A DNA stretch of 63,141 nt, counting the filler, from Choristocarpus tenellus KU-1152 (lineage: Eukaryota > Protista > Phaeophyceae): NCBI GenBank assembly GCA_964200185.2. It is 13 parts of 13 records of this genome, joined end to end, with 100 filler letters (N's around TTAATTAATTAA, not from the genome) between each part and the next. Parts side by side here need not be neighbours in the genome. Positions count along the whole stretch, not along the records: positions 8,878 to 15,976 come from CAXNAD020006700.1; positions 16,077 to 19,240 come from CAXNAD020021842.1; positions 19,341 to 22,751 come from CAXNAD020020225.1; positions 22,852 to 32,259 come from CAXNAD020003700.1; 9 more parts are not named here. One strand, given 5' to 3'. Both the position numbers and the translations under genes were made by a program. Under the pieces are notes generated by a model. The model worked only from the letters and a program-made list of their open reading frames with translations, ran no database searches and was not told the origin of the DNA. Below, one piece after another: positions 13,744 through 26,502 of the stretch (its first letter is position 1; each line of letters starts with the position of its first letter).

Positions 13744-13924
13744 GGCTCAAAGTGTCTGGGGGGTGGGGGTGGCAGCTGTACATTTAGGGCCCATTTTCCC
13801 ATGTCGCGATTTTTGGGTGATTTGATTGCTTTTGTTGGATGGATAAAAAAAGTTTACTTCTGGTCAGGGTCCAAATGGACACCCTTGTGTAGACCCCCCC
13901 CCCCCACCCCAGATACTTTGAGTC
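13744..13924. mobile_element. MITE family A copy with 4-bp TSD AGAA
   Basis: AGAA|GGCTCAAAGTGTCTGGGG...CCCCAGATACTTTGAGTC|AGAA. Confidence 0.85.
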
Positions 13925-14905
13925 AGAAGGTGGCTTACAAGCTGTGATGATCAGATTCAGTATGAAGAAGGTGGCTTACTCAATGATTTTCAATGATGTC
14001 GATGGATTTAGCCAGTCCGCTGATTTTGCTGCCTTGGGGGGAAAAGGAAAAGGATAGGGAGTTAGTTACTTCATGGTGTTGGTAATGCTGATGGCGTTGG
14101 CAGTGTTGTTGGCATTGGTAGTGATGTTGGTGTCAGTAGTGTTTTTGGTGTTGGTAGTGTTGATGGCGTTGGCAGTGTTGTTGGCGTTGGTAGTGCTTTT
14201 GGTGTTGGTAGAGCGGATGAACCTCTTTTTATTTTTGTTTATGTGATGGGGAAGAGTAACTTGCTTTTTGTGATAAAAATATGTATATTTTTTGTACTTT
14301 CTGAGGGTTAGGGATAGGAAGTGGGTGGACTTTGTTTCTTCTTTTCACACTTAATAGCTTGAGTTGCTCTTTGAAGCCAACTCTTGGTGAGGAGAGAGGG
14401 GCGAGGAGAGAGAGGAGAGGACATGGTCGGTGCGTTCACCTCAAGCGTGTACTAACTTACCAATTATCCAACTAATGAACATGAAAATGTGTGTATGTGT
14501 GTGAGAATGGAGGGAGCAATGGGGGCAAGTGGATTGCCCAGAACACACACACACACATCCGAAAATTGCTCATTGAATTTATTGTTGGTGCACAACAGGA
14601 ATGCTAATATTAATGGAAGCATTCACTATCGTAGCAATTTGTTTGGTTACGCCGTTAATTGTATCCGAGAAAATTTTCCTTTTTTTTAATGTATGTACAT
14701 TCATGCATCTATGTACACTGTTCCATGAAATGTGGTAAGAAAGTGTAGGAGACACTTGAAATGTGGTAAGAAACAGTGTAGGAGACAGGTGGCGCACATT
14801 AATGCAGCCTGGAGTACAAAAGGCGTATGTAATTGAGACAGAGTCGACCTGTGGTATAGTAATTGTTGTCAGACAATTCTAGTAAGATTATGATAGTGTG
14901 ATAAT

Positions 14906-15157
14906 TATAGTATAATGCTAGTATGAGAATATTAGGATAATAATAATGATGGTATATTGCTAATATGAGAATATTAGAACAATACCATTTTAGTATAATG
15001 CTAGTATGAGAATATTAGGATAATAATAATTATAGTATAATGCTAGTATGAGAATGTTAGGATAATAATAATTATAGTATAATGCTAATATGAGAATGTT
15101 AGGATAATAATAATTATAGTATAATGCTAATATGAGAATGTTAGGATAATAATAATA
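14906..15157. repeat. 42-bp AT-rich minisatellite, about 6 copies
   Basis: Unit TATAGTATAATGCTAGTATGAGAATATTAGGATAATAATAAT. Confidence 0.9.
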
Positions 15158-15330
15158 AAAGCCGATACGATAACAATACTATTATAATAATAGTAAAGAG
15201 TACTTCAGTGAAGTTCCCTCAAGAAATAAATGTATTTCTATACAACTACTTTTTGTCAACTATCATTTTGAAAGTTTTGTGTGTGTGTGTGTCTGTGTGT
15301 GTGTGTTTGTGTATGTTTTGTATCAAACAG

Positions 15331-15426
15331 GTGGGAAAACATATTTTAAAACCTTCACAGCATCTAGACCTATCCTTGGAGGGGGTAGAGAAGGGGCTCT
15401 TATGGATCCCCATTGATGTGCTCAAG
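15331..15426 (+). CDS. Putative internal exon (96 nt) of an unidentified gene
   Basis: AAACAG|...AAG|GTATGT boundaries; the only open frame reads VGKHILKPSQHLDLSLEGVEKGLLWIPIDVLK. Confidence 0.4.
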
Positions 15427-15653
15427 GTATGTGGACCCGTCCACGCTCTGTATGTCGTTAATGAATAATAGACTTGTTTTTATTTTATATTTATTTATAT
15501 GATGTCAATTTGCGTATTGTGTACACTGTATTAAATATGCTTTAGTTTAGTATACGCAGTATATATTTTTATTCATATATTTATTTTTTAGAAAGAAAGT
15601 TTGCTTTTAACCCTGACCCTCGCTCCACACCATCAATGCTATTGTTATTATGA

Positions 15654-15685
<32 letters not shown>

Positions 15686-16261
15686 GTGAGCGGAACATTT
15701 TTTTTCCTGTATATATATTTTTGTTGCCAAAGGATGACGTTTAAGAGAAAAAATAAAAAAGTGTCAATCGTTCAACGCATTTTGTGTCTTTACTGAGAGG
15801 GCCATTGAAAAAACACCTGACACCTGTACAATTGTGAATTATTTTAAAGGGTGCCAAGCTTAAAACTGAGTAGTTTTTGCAGGGGGGTCAAAGTATCTGG
15901 GGGGGGGGGGGGTCGGCGGCCGTTTTTCACCCTTTTTTCGATTTTCACTTTTTGGTGTGATTTGGTCGCACATGTCNNNNNNNNNNNNNNNNNNNNNNNN
16001 NNNNNNNNNNNNNNNNNNNNTTAATTAATTAANNNNNNNNNNNNNNNNNNNNNNNNNNNNNNNNNNNNNNNNNNNNTGGACCGAAAACGGACGCCCCCTC
16101 ACGAACCACCCCCCCCCCCAAGATACTTTGACCCACCTATTGCTAACAACCTCGCTCGCTGTGACAACATTGTACAAAATTCTATCCGCAGTCCTCTTGC
16201 TTCCCCTGCAACTCATAAAACTCAATGATTCTAATACCACACAATCCTCATCAGAAAACCT

Positions 16262-16441
16262 GACCTAAAGTATCTGGGGGGGGGGGGCGACTACACCAGG
16301 GTGTCCATTTACCCCCATAATCAGGAAAAATGCATTTACATCATCCATCCGACGTATGCAACCAAATCATCCAAAAATCGCGACATGAAAAAATTGATCC
16401 CAATTAGAGAGCCGCCACCCCCCCCCAAGATACTTTGAGCC
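16262..16441. mobile_element. MITE family A copy with 4-bp TSD ACCT
   Basis: ACCT|GACCTAAAGTATCTGGGG...CCCCAAGATACTTTGAGCC|ACCT. Confidence 0.85.
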
Positions 16442-17306
16442 ACCTTGAAAAACGTCCTCACTATATACTTTTAACAGCACAGAACTAGAGAAATTATCTT
16501 CCATAGTATATTTATCATCATCATCCGTTCCACTTCATTACGCCAAGCTTTAAAGCTACAACTGTAATGATCCAATCCTCAAAACCAACATCTTTGGGGG
16601 TTTGGTATATAGCTGGGGGTTAGTTCACGACTTCAGCATGCATTGCAGCTGATAGAGTCTTGGATTGCATGGATCGTTATTTCTCATGAAGTACTTATTG
16701 TAGAGGCTTGAGGTCTTGTATGTGAAGAGGTGAACTAGTGTGCTGAAACACTGGTAAATTCAGTGTGATTAATCTTGCGAAATATTCTGTGTAGAGTCTG
16801 GTTGAATACTGGAATGTGGAGGCTATTGTACATTGTTCAGAGGAGGTGATGCATGCTCTGAGTGGAGGCTCGTTACTTTGTGAAGAAGGCTGTGGGTGTA
16901 TTGTTGTTACCAAAAGCTCCGCAAGATTATCATGATGAGATATGTAGCTCCAATCCACAGGACTGTAAGTGGATGATGAGGCTCGTCGTAGAGGGTGTCA
17001 TAAAGGACAAGTCATCGAATATGTTAGATCTATCTATCTTTCGCTTCAACTATTCACTTTATTGCTTTCAAAGGGGTATGATTTGGACTGAACAAAGCTG
17101 TACGACCTCTATGCGGCATCATAATGATTAAATAATTAATAGTCGAGAAGGACAACATACGAAATCTAGGGCTTGAAGGTCATAATTTGCGTTTATGAAA
17201 CCGCCATTAAGACACATCGCCTGTGACATGCCCCCCTAGCATGAAGCATAACTGCTTCAATGCGAAGAACAGGTGATTGGACAAGGAAAAAAAATATCAC
17301 TTCTTA

Positions 17307-17560
17307 GAGTCAAAGTTAACGACAGGTACCCAGAGTTGCATTAAGGATGCTGAAAAAAATGCAAAATCGACTATTATTTGTGAATACGAATAGGATCATT
17401 TCTAATTGTGTCGAATTTTTTTTATCAATAATGAAATGAACTTTCTCGAGTCAAACCTATAGCTTTATCCATGGAAATATGGATGAATTGCGCAAGATAA
17501 AGAAACTGGCTTAAACTGCAAAACGGCCAAAACCTGGGTACCTCTTAGTTACTTCGGCTC
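17307..17560. mobile_element. MITE family B copy nested in the LTR element
   Basis: TIRs GAGTCAAAGTTAACGACAGGTACCCAG / CTGGGTACCTCTTAGTTACTTCGGCTC. It is absent from the homologous site near 47110, and an inverted copy lies at 59232-59492. Confidence 0.8.
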
Positions 17561-17725
17561 TATCCTACTATGAATGTAGCATAAATTAAATAAAAGCCAC
17601 TTCCACATCCTAATATATCAGTAGTTAGCTTTGGGGATCCATCGGAGGAAGAAACCTGGAGGGAAAACCCCTTCCAACATTGGCCCTGACGACAGACATG
17701 CTAGCGTGACACTCACACCTCACTC

Positions 17726-18151
17726 TGTTATAGGCGAGTAGCGCAATCATTTCCCCTCGCGCTCTAACCAGTGTGAGCTGTAAGCGTGCGCGCAGAACCC
17801 CCAAATGGGAAAGTCTAATTCCCTATAGTTACAGTGCAAAATCTGTAACTTAGAATAGTAATAATAAAGCAAAGGTTTTCAGATGTATTATGGCATATCT
17901 AAAAACTCGACCCATTCAGAATAGATTGCGTGGACAGAAACAGCCCTACACTCTCAGTTCTGATCTTTGTCGTACACTTCCATTGAAATGAACTATACCT
18001 TCATCTGCTAACCTGACAATCACCATCTTCGCTGGTCATCAGGCTATCGGTATATCTCAGGTGACCTGTACGTGCATCAGCGCCATCTATAGGCTTGTGT
18101 AGACTGGAGTTGAACACTCCGCACAGGTAAGCTATGGAGTGTATTGCAACA
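17726..18151. mobile_element. Solo LTR (426 bp) with 4-bp TSD ACTC
   Basis: ACTC|TGTTATAGGCG...TATTGCAACA|ACTC. The empty site ACTCACTCTGCATTTGACTCAACG is present near 47281. Confidence 0.7.
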
Positions 18152-18411
18152 ACTCTGTATTTGACTCAACGTTCAAGAGAAGACCTCCTACACCAGAGTC
18201 TCACATTCATGTCAAAATAAGGTACTATTATCATGAGAGGACTCTCCCCCTTTCAAAATATGGAACACAAATAAATACAGACGCAATAATGGCTCACAGT
18301 CACAAAGAAATAGGGCAATACCATAGAAAACTCTCCCTCCTTATTAAGAACTATGAACATATTATAAAGAAGTACAAACAAAGTGAGTGAAAATATCTAA
18401 AGAGGGTACAG

Positions 18412-19240
18412 TCAAAAGGAATAACGATCAGATTCACCAAAATAAGAGCCGATTAACCCTTCTAACCTTTCCATCCTGTTAGCAAGATCCTCTTGGTTGG
18501 ATGACGGAGGTGAAGCTGTCGACACCATATTGGCATACTTAGCCCCTCTTCTTGGGGGTTTCCTGGTCTTCTCCCTTGCCCAAACAGTCAGGCGACATTC
18601 ATCATAGTCATGTCCTATCCCCCTGCACCTTGGGCATCTTCCATCACGGTCTTCATCTTCCCCCATTCTTGTAGAGGCACCTGCGTGTCGTCCCCTGTTC
18701 AGGTTGGGGCAGTCACCTCTCACATGGCCATCTCTGACACACAAGCAACAAACTATGCGCCCCTTCCCTCGACCCTTTTCTGCCAGCAGCTTTACTACTT
18801 ACCATCCTTCCTGAACAAGGGCGTGATCATTCAGTTTTCGCCATCCACCTCCACGATTGGAGAGGTTAAGCACTAATGCAGTTGGCACACCGTCTCCTAA
18901 TGTTACCGTGGCAGCTGAAGCAATCGCGAACTATCCTTTGAACTTGGGTGCAGCCTTCCTTGACTCCACATCCAAATCGACCCTTCACAGACTATGTCAG
19001 GGTCAAGTAGCGCAAAGTCGCAGCTACAAACATTTTTGGATGACCTAAGAATGAACCGCAAAACCGAAGAAATCCACTCCATACTTCCCAGCTAATGTGG
19101 GGAGGTTGGCGACCCTGATGGGGTTGCCGGCAGATATCTTGTACACAGTAGCAATGCTCACTACCAGTCTTGTCGCTTCGCACAACGTCCCAGGAATATT
19201 CGGTCCGCTACGTAGCGTGTTGAACTATCCCACACTGGAC
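18412..19240 (-). pseudogene. Retroelement gag relic with two CCHC zinc knuckles
   Basis: CCLCVRDGHVRGDC and CPRCRGIGHDYDEC (C-x2-C-x4-H-x4-C). The upstream part is interrupted by stops. Confidence 0.8.
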
Positions 19241-19706
19241 NNNNNNNNNNNNNNNNNNNNNNNNNNNNNNNNNNNNNNNNNNNNTTAATTAATTAANNNN
19301 NNNNNNNNNNNNNNNNNNNNNNNNNNNNNNNNNNNNNNNNGGGGTGGGTGTGGTGGGGGTTGTGTGGGGTGGCGGGTGGGGGGGGGTGGGGGGGGGTGGG
19401 GGGGGTACACCAAGGTGTCCATTTGGCATAACCAGGAAAAGTGTACTTACATCATCCATCCGACGTATGGAACCAAATCACACAAAAATCGCAACATGAA
19501 AAGTTGCCCCCAAATGGACAGCCGCCACCCCCTCCCCCAGATACTTGTAGGCCATGCACTTACTTCCCCAACTATACCAGGAGTTTATTCTCAAATCGTC
19601 TACGTTGATTCGAGTGTTCTGGGGATCAAAAAATGATAAAAATTGTTGGTCGACAATATCTTGAACAATGGGCTTTCTTGTCTATTTGCAATGCTAACCA
19701 ACATTG

Positions 19707-20600
19707 CTAAGAAGTCTTGGAAGGCGTTCTACAGCCGATGACACATATTATTGCCGACTGACGTTTTCTCATACTTAACAAGGTCAATAGCAAACTGTTG
19801 AAACGGATGTATGACAGACATATGTCCCGTACGTAGTGAGTTAGTAGCGTGGGAGGTTTTCCATCTCTGATATGACTGGCAAGTTTCGCATCAATTTCAA
19901 ACTTCTTTATGTAAGGTCGGCCATCAATGTCTGTCTCTCGCACGGCCAAATGTGTGCTTGAAAGCAAGACGGCTAGCAACCCCATGGTCATGTAGGGCAT
20001 ATAAAGTTAAACCAATGGTGTCGGTTGGGGCTACTAATCGCCAGGAATTCTCCATTCTAGGTAGTGTGAAGTTCTCACGGTCTGCCAGGTATTTGAAGTA
20101 TACCTCAAACTGATCATGTTGAGCTTTGGGTAGAAAATCTGTATTTTCTACCAGGAAAATATTGACAGAGCAAACGAAGACCTCAGAGTCATTTACCACT
20201 CCGATCATTTCACCTTAATGGCCCACTGATAATTCGTAGACGGGTATTCCTTACTCGTTTGAGAGGGACCCATTTCTAAAACAGGTTGAACATGCGCTTG
20301 AATTCTTAGTAGGCATACGTTGTAAATTATGTGTTGTTTGCAGATGTTGTCGTGATCACTCTGTATATACTCTGGGTATGTGTGTTATTTGCCCAGTGAC
20401 ATTTTGAAGAGATTGGTTATTTAGGGAAATGGAATCTGCTACATTCTCCTTAAGTAAACTCTTCACTACAGCTTTATTTGTGAATATTTTGAATCGGACT
20501 AGGGTTAGGCACCTCCCTCATCTGTTCGATTCATAAAGAACATGGAGTGAAACCCCGTCAATAGGGAACGTAGCATCTCCTGTACGAAAACTGTACATAT
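19707..20600 (-). pseudogene. Degenerate intronless coding relic, possibly viral/Polinton-type
   Basis: Overlapping protein-like ORF fragments in shifted frames (19707-20000, 19924-20208). The family assignment is only a weak resemblance. Confidence 0.25.
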
Positions 20601-21859
20601 CGTACGCTCAGTGCATTATACGTACGATATAATTAATGACATGGTACAAGGGATGCCCATTCCCCTGCAGAGTTGGCCTAGTCGTTTAACCGTAGTTGTG
20701 TGCTGGCAGGCCTGTCCTCCTACCGTTGGGCAGGTAGGTGAGAGCATGTCTGGTGTCTACATTTTGCCTCCTGCAACCACTGGGCACTTGTTTGATAAGA
20801 CCTCTTCTCTCCCTAGAGATCCGCTTCCTGTCGGTGAGGCTAGACTCTACCAGAGGAATCCAGCGTGCTAGTCCTAAGGACTGTGTGGCAACTCGTGCAT
20901 TGACCCCTTCCCCACACTGGCTCTGGTAGAGTCCATGATATATTTCTCTTTGTCCTCCGCACGTGTGTACCACCTGTTCAAGTCTTCTGCTGGTCAAACC
21001 CACATATCAGCTCCGATGTTGAGGGCCTTGAGGCCATTTCGGAGGGGCCACCACCAGTTTTTCTCTCGATACCTCACTTTCACCCCTTTGTCGTCTCAGT
21101 GGTAACTTTCACAAGAGGTATTAGGTCCTTGGGCAAATGATCATCATTCATCCACGACATGAAACCTACAAATACAACCTCTTTCTTTTGTGGATACTGG
21201 TCTCAATGTAAGACACGAATGGTCGGTATGTTTCCTTTTGTGGAACCCAACGAGGTGCTGTTAGAACTTGGCATATTAATATATATTTGTACTATGCCCT
21301 CTGACATTTTGCAGATGTGTCAGGGGGGACAAAAATGAAAACTATACATAATATGCCAACTGATATAAGCCCTAAAGAAATAAGATATCATGAATGTGAA
21401 AAACACTTAATCTATCTGTTACTTCACCACTATCAATATTGCACTACTACCTTCCTATGCTTCCCATCTACCTACTCCTGCGCCCCGCGGGGAGAAGGTA
21501 GGGAGGCATCCCAAGAACCCAACAAACCCCTCCGTTTCCATCTCCCTGGTGACTCTAGTTTAAAGCGCATGACACGCCTAGACAGTGCCGCTTGCGTAGT
21601 CACAATATATCAATATTATGACTGAGTGGATTTCGACAGAAAGTTACCAGTGTATGACCGATACAGTTCGTCCCCTATCCTCAATTTTTTTATTGCAAGT
21701 GTATGGGGTAGGTTATCAAAACACCCCACTCACATTCGCTGATGTTGTGGAATATATTTTGTTTGCATATTTGTATTCTATTCTCATTTAAAGGTTAGGG
21801 TTAGGGTTAGGTTTAAGGTTGGAATAATTAACGAGTGTTACACCTCTTTGTATATGTTA

Positions 21860-22151
21860 TAACGTCAACACCTTCACGGTGGAAAGTTTTGGGCACCTCG
21901 GTAAGCAAGCAGAAAGATTTCTGTATGACCTAGCTACGCACGTGGTAGGGGGGAGAAGGACAGCAGTCTACAGGAGAAAATGGGCTGTCAAATCCCATCT
22001 ACGCCAGATAGTCTCAGACACAACGCAAGTAACCATATCTAGACGTGTCATGCATTTTAAGGTGGAGACCCCAGGGAGACTGGCAAGGAGGTACTTGCTA
22101 GATTATTGGGATGCCTCCCTAACTCCTCACCGTGGTGGGGTGCAGGACTAA
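21860..22151 (+). mobile_element. 5'-truncated non-LTR retrotransposon (CRE-like) fragment, C-terminal restriction-like endonuclease region
   Basis: TVESFGHLGKQAERFLYDLATHVVGG...RQIVSDTTQVTISRRV matches the E(S/T)FG-LG RLE tail of CRE-type elements. Confidence 0.7.
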
Positions 22152-22974
22152 GCTAGGTTAGAGGCACAGGAAGGTGGTGGTTAGGGATACCTGGTAGCAA
22201 AATAGTAAATGGATGGTCTTTCACACTAACAACAACTGTTACTTTTTTTCATATTTTTCTGTGAATAGTTTTCATTGGTTTTTGTTCTGACACATCTGGA
22301 AAATGTTAAAAGGCAAAATAATAAAATATTCCACAACACAAAACAGTATAGTGGTACCGATAGCTTATGCGTCTGGGGTTGTCCCGTCATAACTTTTGAT
22401 GTAGACGTCAGATTAAAAAAGTAAAGCGTTTTCTCGTGATGCCCCTCACAATGCCCTCCAGAGTATGGGCTTCGTTTTTTCACCATTTTTTATTTTTTTG
22501 AAGAAACAGCGGTCATATTGGGGTTCGAACCCTGGATTGTAGGTCACCAGGAGTGGCAACAGATATACTATTGCTTGATTAAAGTATAGGGTTTAGATAG
22601 GAAAAAAGCCTCCCACCTTTTCTTCCTGAGTGTTCATGTACCCACTCTTTGACTTCGGCAAGGATGTCCTCGTCGAGGCCCAGAATGAAATGTTCGTTTA
22701 GACTCTTCCAACTCTATCGGACAGTTACGGTAAAATATGTATGGAGTAATGNNNNNNNNNNNNNNNNNNNNNNNNNNNNNNNNNNNNNNNNNNNNTTAAT
22801 TAATTAANNNNNNNNNNNNNNNNNNNNNNNNNNNNNNNNNNNNNNNNNNNNGTGTTTTATACTACTTTAAGAGGGGGGCAGCATTTAACTTAGTTTGGAA
22901 ACTGGAAGGACGGATTTGGTAACATTGACTACCCGCTACAGCTTGTAGAATGTCCCACGGAATAATGCAACGTC

Positions 22975-23544
22975 TCAGGACGTATCAGGCTTCAAAACAT
23001 TGACTACCATTTCACAAACCTGCTTGGCATCACCCAACCTCTTTGTTGATAAGGAAGCCTGAGCATCCACCACCTCCAGCACCAAGCTCTTTCCGCCTCC
23101 AATGACACCTCCTTCACCTGGTCGGCCTCCTCCAAAACGACTATGAAGACCTGGTTCGACAACCCCCTCCCCAGGAGGTAGTCTTCTGCCCATTCCACTC
23201 GCCCCTGTCCCCACCAAAAGCTGCTTCCCCAGCCCTACCACTTCAAGCCTCAAGCCCTCCAAATGAAGGTCACAGGACATGTCCATTACAAAAAATTTTG
23301 ATCCTAGTACTGTTCCCAGCCAAGGCACCTCTGCTGGGGTTTGGCTTGGGATAGATGCAGCAGTGGGTGGGGATGGGGTACTGGGAGGAGGAAGGAAGGA
23401 CCAGAGTGATTCAATGTCTTCCTCCAAGAGTGTTCCCTTGATGGGGCTGCAGCGGAGGCGGATAGAAGATGGAAGGAACCATGGCCTGGGTGGGGTCCAG
23501 CAGAGAAATGATGAGGCAGGGGCATCGTAGGAGCCACAGGTGTA

Positions 23545-23606
<62 letters not shown>

Positions 23607-26502
23607 GCAGTGATAGGATTACGGAAGATGAGATTCAAGGAGGCTGTGAGGAGACAAGGTCTTAAAAGGAAGATCCTCGAGTGAAAAGTGCGAGGGCGGC
23701 TTACTTAAATCCTCTGCTGCAACACAACATGCATTACTTCAGTCATGCCAATCAATGGTGCCAAGCCACTGGAGATACACCCTTGTCACATGTAAAGCTG
23801 GTGTCTTTAACATAGAATACTTCATCGTTCAAGCGTGATTCAGTGAGAGTGCCATCCATTGGTAGCATTTGCATAAATATCGTGCACCCCAACTACAACC
23901 CATTAAACACGGAGACAGCACATACTGTTTTTTTTCAAGTTGTAACACAACCCCAGCCCTGCTCTAGTCCTTCCCAAGCAGTACCTTCAGCACAAACCTT
24001 GAAACAAAAGCACACAACCAACCTCACACACCTCATCCCCGCCTGCCTACCCAACAAAAACCTGTTCCCCACTTTGTATGTGCAATAGTCAATATCCCAA
24101 CCCTTCCAAGATAAAAAAAAAATCGTATGTTAGGTGGTAATGATTGTGAGAACCAACCTGCTCCCACTGCTGCAGCTGCCACCACTGCCACTGCATCTAG
24201 TCTCACCACAGCGGCCACACACATGACAACGACGGCCCCCTCCACTATCACAACTACTACTGCTGGCAAGGCCAGTCCATTCTCCCTCCACAACTGTGCA
24301 ACCATCCAAGAAAATGGAGGTGCCCCCCTCACCAAGCCACAGCAAAGGCTGTTGGACGTCCTGTGGCAGCCCATCGTGTGAGATAAGGGTTAGGGTTAAT
24401 GACACATATGCATCAGCAATGTCAGTTACATTGCACGACGACTCCTTCAGATCAAGCACACAAGATTAATGCCCTCAACCCCCCACAGAAAACAATAGCA
24501 TCCTCACCTGGTCGACTCTAACAGCAATAGCCATTTCCCCCTTCTTGCAGGGCCTCGCTACAGCTGACAGGGACCCCACTGCAATCCCAGCACACCAGTC
24601 GTTTGACCTGATGGTGCTTCTCATCCCACCTGACCTAGCCCTTGCCTCCACCCCAGCTCCATCACAATGCCGGAGCAGGACCTTGGCATCTTGCAATGTG
24701 ACTCCACTGCATTTGAGAACTTCCAGCAAGAGGTCTAACCAGCCTCCTTGTGGAGGAATGGGGAGTGCAAAGGATTCCTGTCCTCCCTCCTTTGTCCAGT
24801 GACTAGGAGGGACCAACCCAAGGTCAACTGGAGATAAACCAGCAACAGAAAACGCCAAGGGAAGGGGGGGGGGTATTATCCCTATAAAAAAAGTCGATTA
24901 GGGATCATTGTGATGATACAATGCACGTTGGGCTGATTGGTGCAAGGGGCCCTATGTTGGCAGGTTAGGGTTATGAAATTACTTAATATTATTACTATTG
25001 CTGCGTATTGTGAGTGATAGGGACTTGATACACAAAGCAAACATGTCTCCAAACATATCATGAACAATACGGAAAAATAGAAGCAGTAGCCCCCCAGTAT
25101 AGGAGGGGAGCAAAGCAAGAGAATGTGGATTCAACTATGGTCACGATGGTCACCACTTGAACATACGAATTGGGTCCTGCCCTCACCCCAGAGTAGCAAT
25201 AGGATGGCAAAAAGACCGAGCCACGAAACAATTTGCGGAGGAGAAGAAGAAAAGAAGCGAAACCGCATTGAAGAAGTCGTGCTGTTGAGAAAAAAGCCCA
25301 ATACTCGTGTCTCAAGGTCATGGGTATCTACCCTATCCAAGTTCCTTCAATTCACTCCCTTCCCATTTTCAACTCAAAAGTACTTCTATGATGCTCCCTC
25401 TGTTTTCCAGTTGTCCCCCAAGCAGTTTCATAGGTTTATCTCCTAATGTCTATTCCTGCCGAACCCCTTCTTCCTGACCTCAGTAATACTCTCCCGCCTC
25501 ACCATCCTTTTCCAGCCCTGTAGAGGAAGAAAAACGAGCATCAAGAGGCTGTGTCACATTGATAGTGAGCCACAGCTCCAGCCCTGATACACACACATGA
25601 GCACATGGCACGCATCCACCAGACTGTAACCAGCCTCCCAATAGGTCCACTGTTATCCCCGCCACACAGCAGTTGGTCACCTGGATTGTCACTCCTTGGA
25701 AGGGACAGAACTCCTTCTCTTGCAAGCGTTGGCCTTTGGACAAAATGTTATGCATCGAATACATAGGGTTGAAGAATGAATTGAAACCATTATTGGAGTA
25801 GGTAAGTGAGCAAATGCCAGACAATATGCTGCGGGAAGGGTATGTGTGTGGGTATGAGTAATGTCTCCGGACGAAAGTATTTCCGAGAGGATAAGACTTG
25901 CAGTGAAAAAAAAAAAAACAATTTTCGAGGTTCAGCAGTATTCATCTCTCCATTCATGCAGAGCAGTGGCCATGGATCTAAGAAAGATCTCTCACGTTGC
26001 AAGGGACACATCTAGAGCAAAGGCTAGCGTGCAATATCTATCCTTCACATACACCATAGGTACAAAAACCATACATGATGGCTGAAAGAGTTCCTTCTGG
26101 AGATTTACGTACATGGTAGCTTCAAACAAGCATCCAATGCATTCCAGATTCAATTGGCGAACCACAAGAGGGGACCTATAAGTGCAGTGTGGGCCTGCAT
26201 AAGTTCGCCATTTACTGTCGTGCTGGTGTAGATTGCAATTCAACTATTGAGTAAGATGAATCTACTTTTAGAGGCGCCACATCTTGTGGACATGTTCTAT
26301 CATCTGATCAACAGATTCTCAGTAATATACCTCTCAACCCGTCATTCCCAGGTACTCCATTCTCATTGCTCTCACCTAGATAGAGAGAGTTGACGACCTT
26401 TGTGGCTACCCACGATATGGCCTTGCCTAGGGCAAGTAGACAGACAAGTGTGACCAATGTCCATTTCACTCCCCACAGGACAAACCAGACCAGCAAGCCC
26501 AT
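22975..26502 (-). CDS. 5' part of a large membrane-anchored protein gene, possibly bridge-like lipid transfer protein (BLTP2/Hobbit/FMP27-like); partial
   Basis: First exon 26376-26502 (MGLLVWFVLWGVKWTLVTLVCLLALGKAISW..., donor GTGAG). Further exon-like, beta-strand-rich frames lie at about 26110-26193, 25490-25680, 24508-24850 and 22975-23430. Splice model not resolved; family assignment tentative. Confidence 0.35.

Larger units (their letters stand above)
16905..19240 (-). mobile_element. LTR retroelement, 3' part (3' LTR about 16905-17228, PPT, non-coding region, degenerate gag); truncated by contig end
   Basis: The LTR end CGCCTGTGACA plus TGCCCCCCTAGC and the internal region align with the element at 46729-49616. 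A gag relic lies on the same strand. Confidence 0.75.

Noticed and set aside
14076-14210. GTTGGT/GTTGGC-type periodic sequence
   Set aside because: Simple low-complexity repeat with no splice or coding support.
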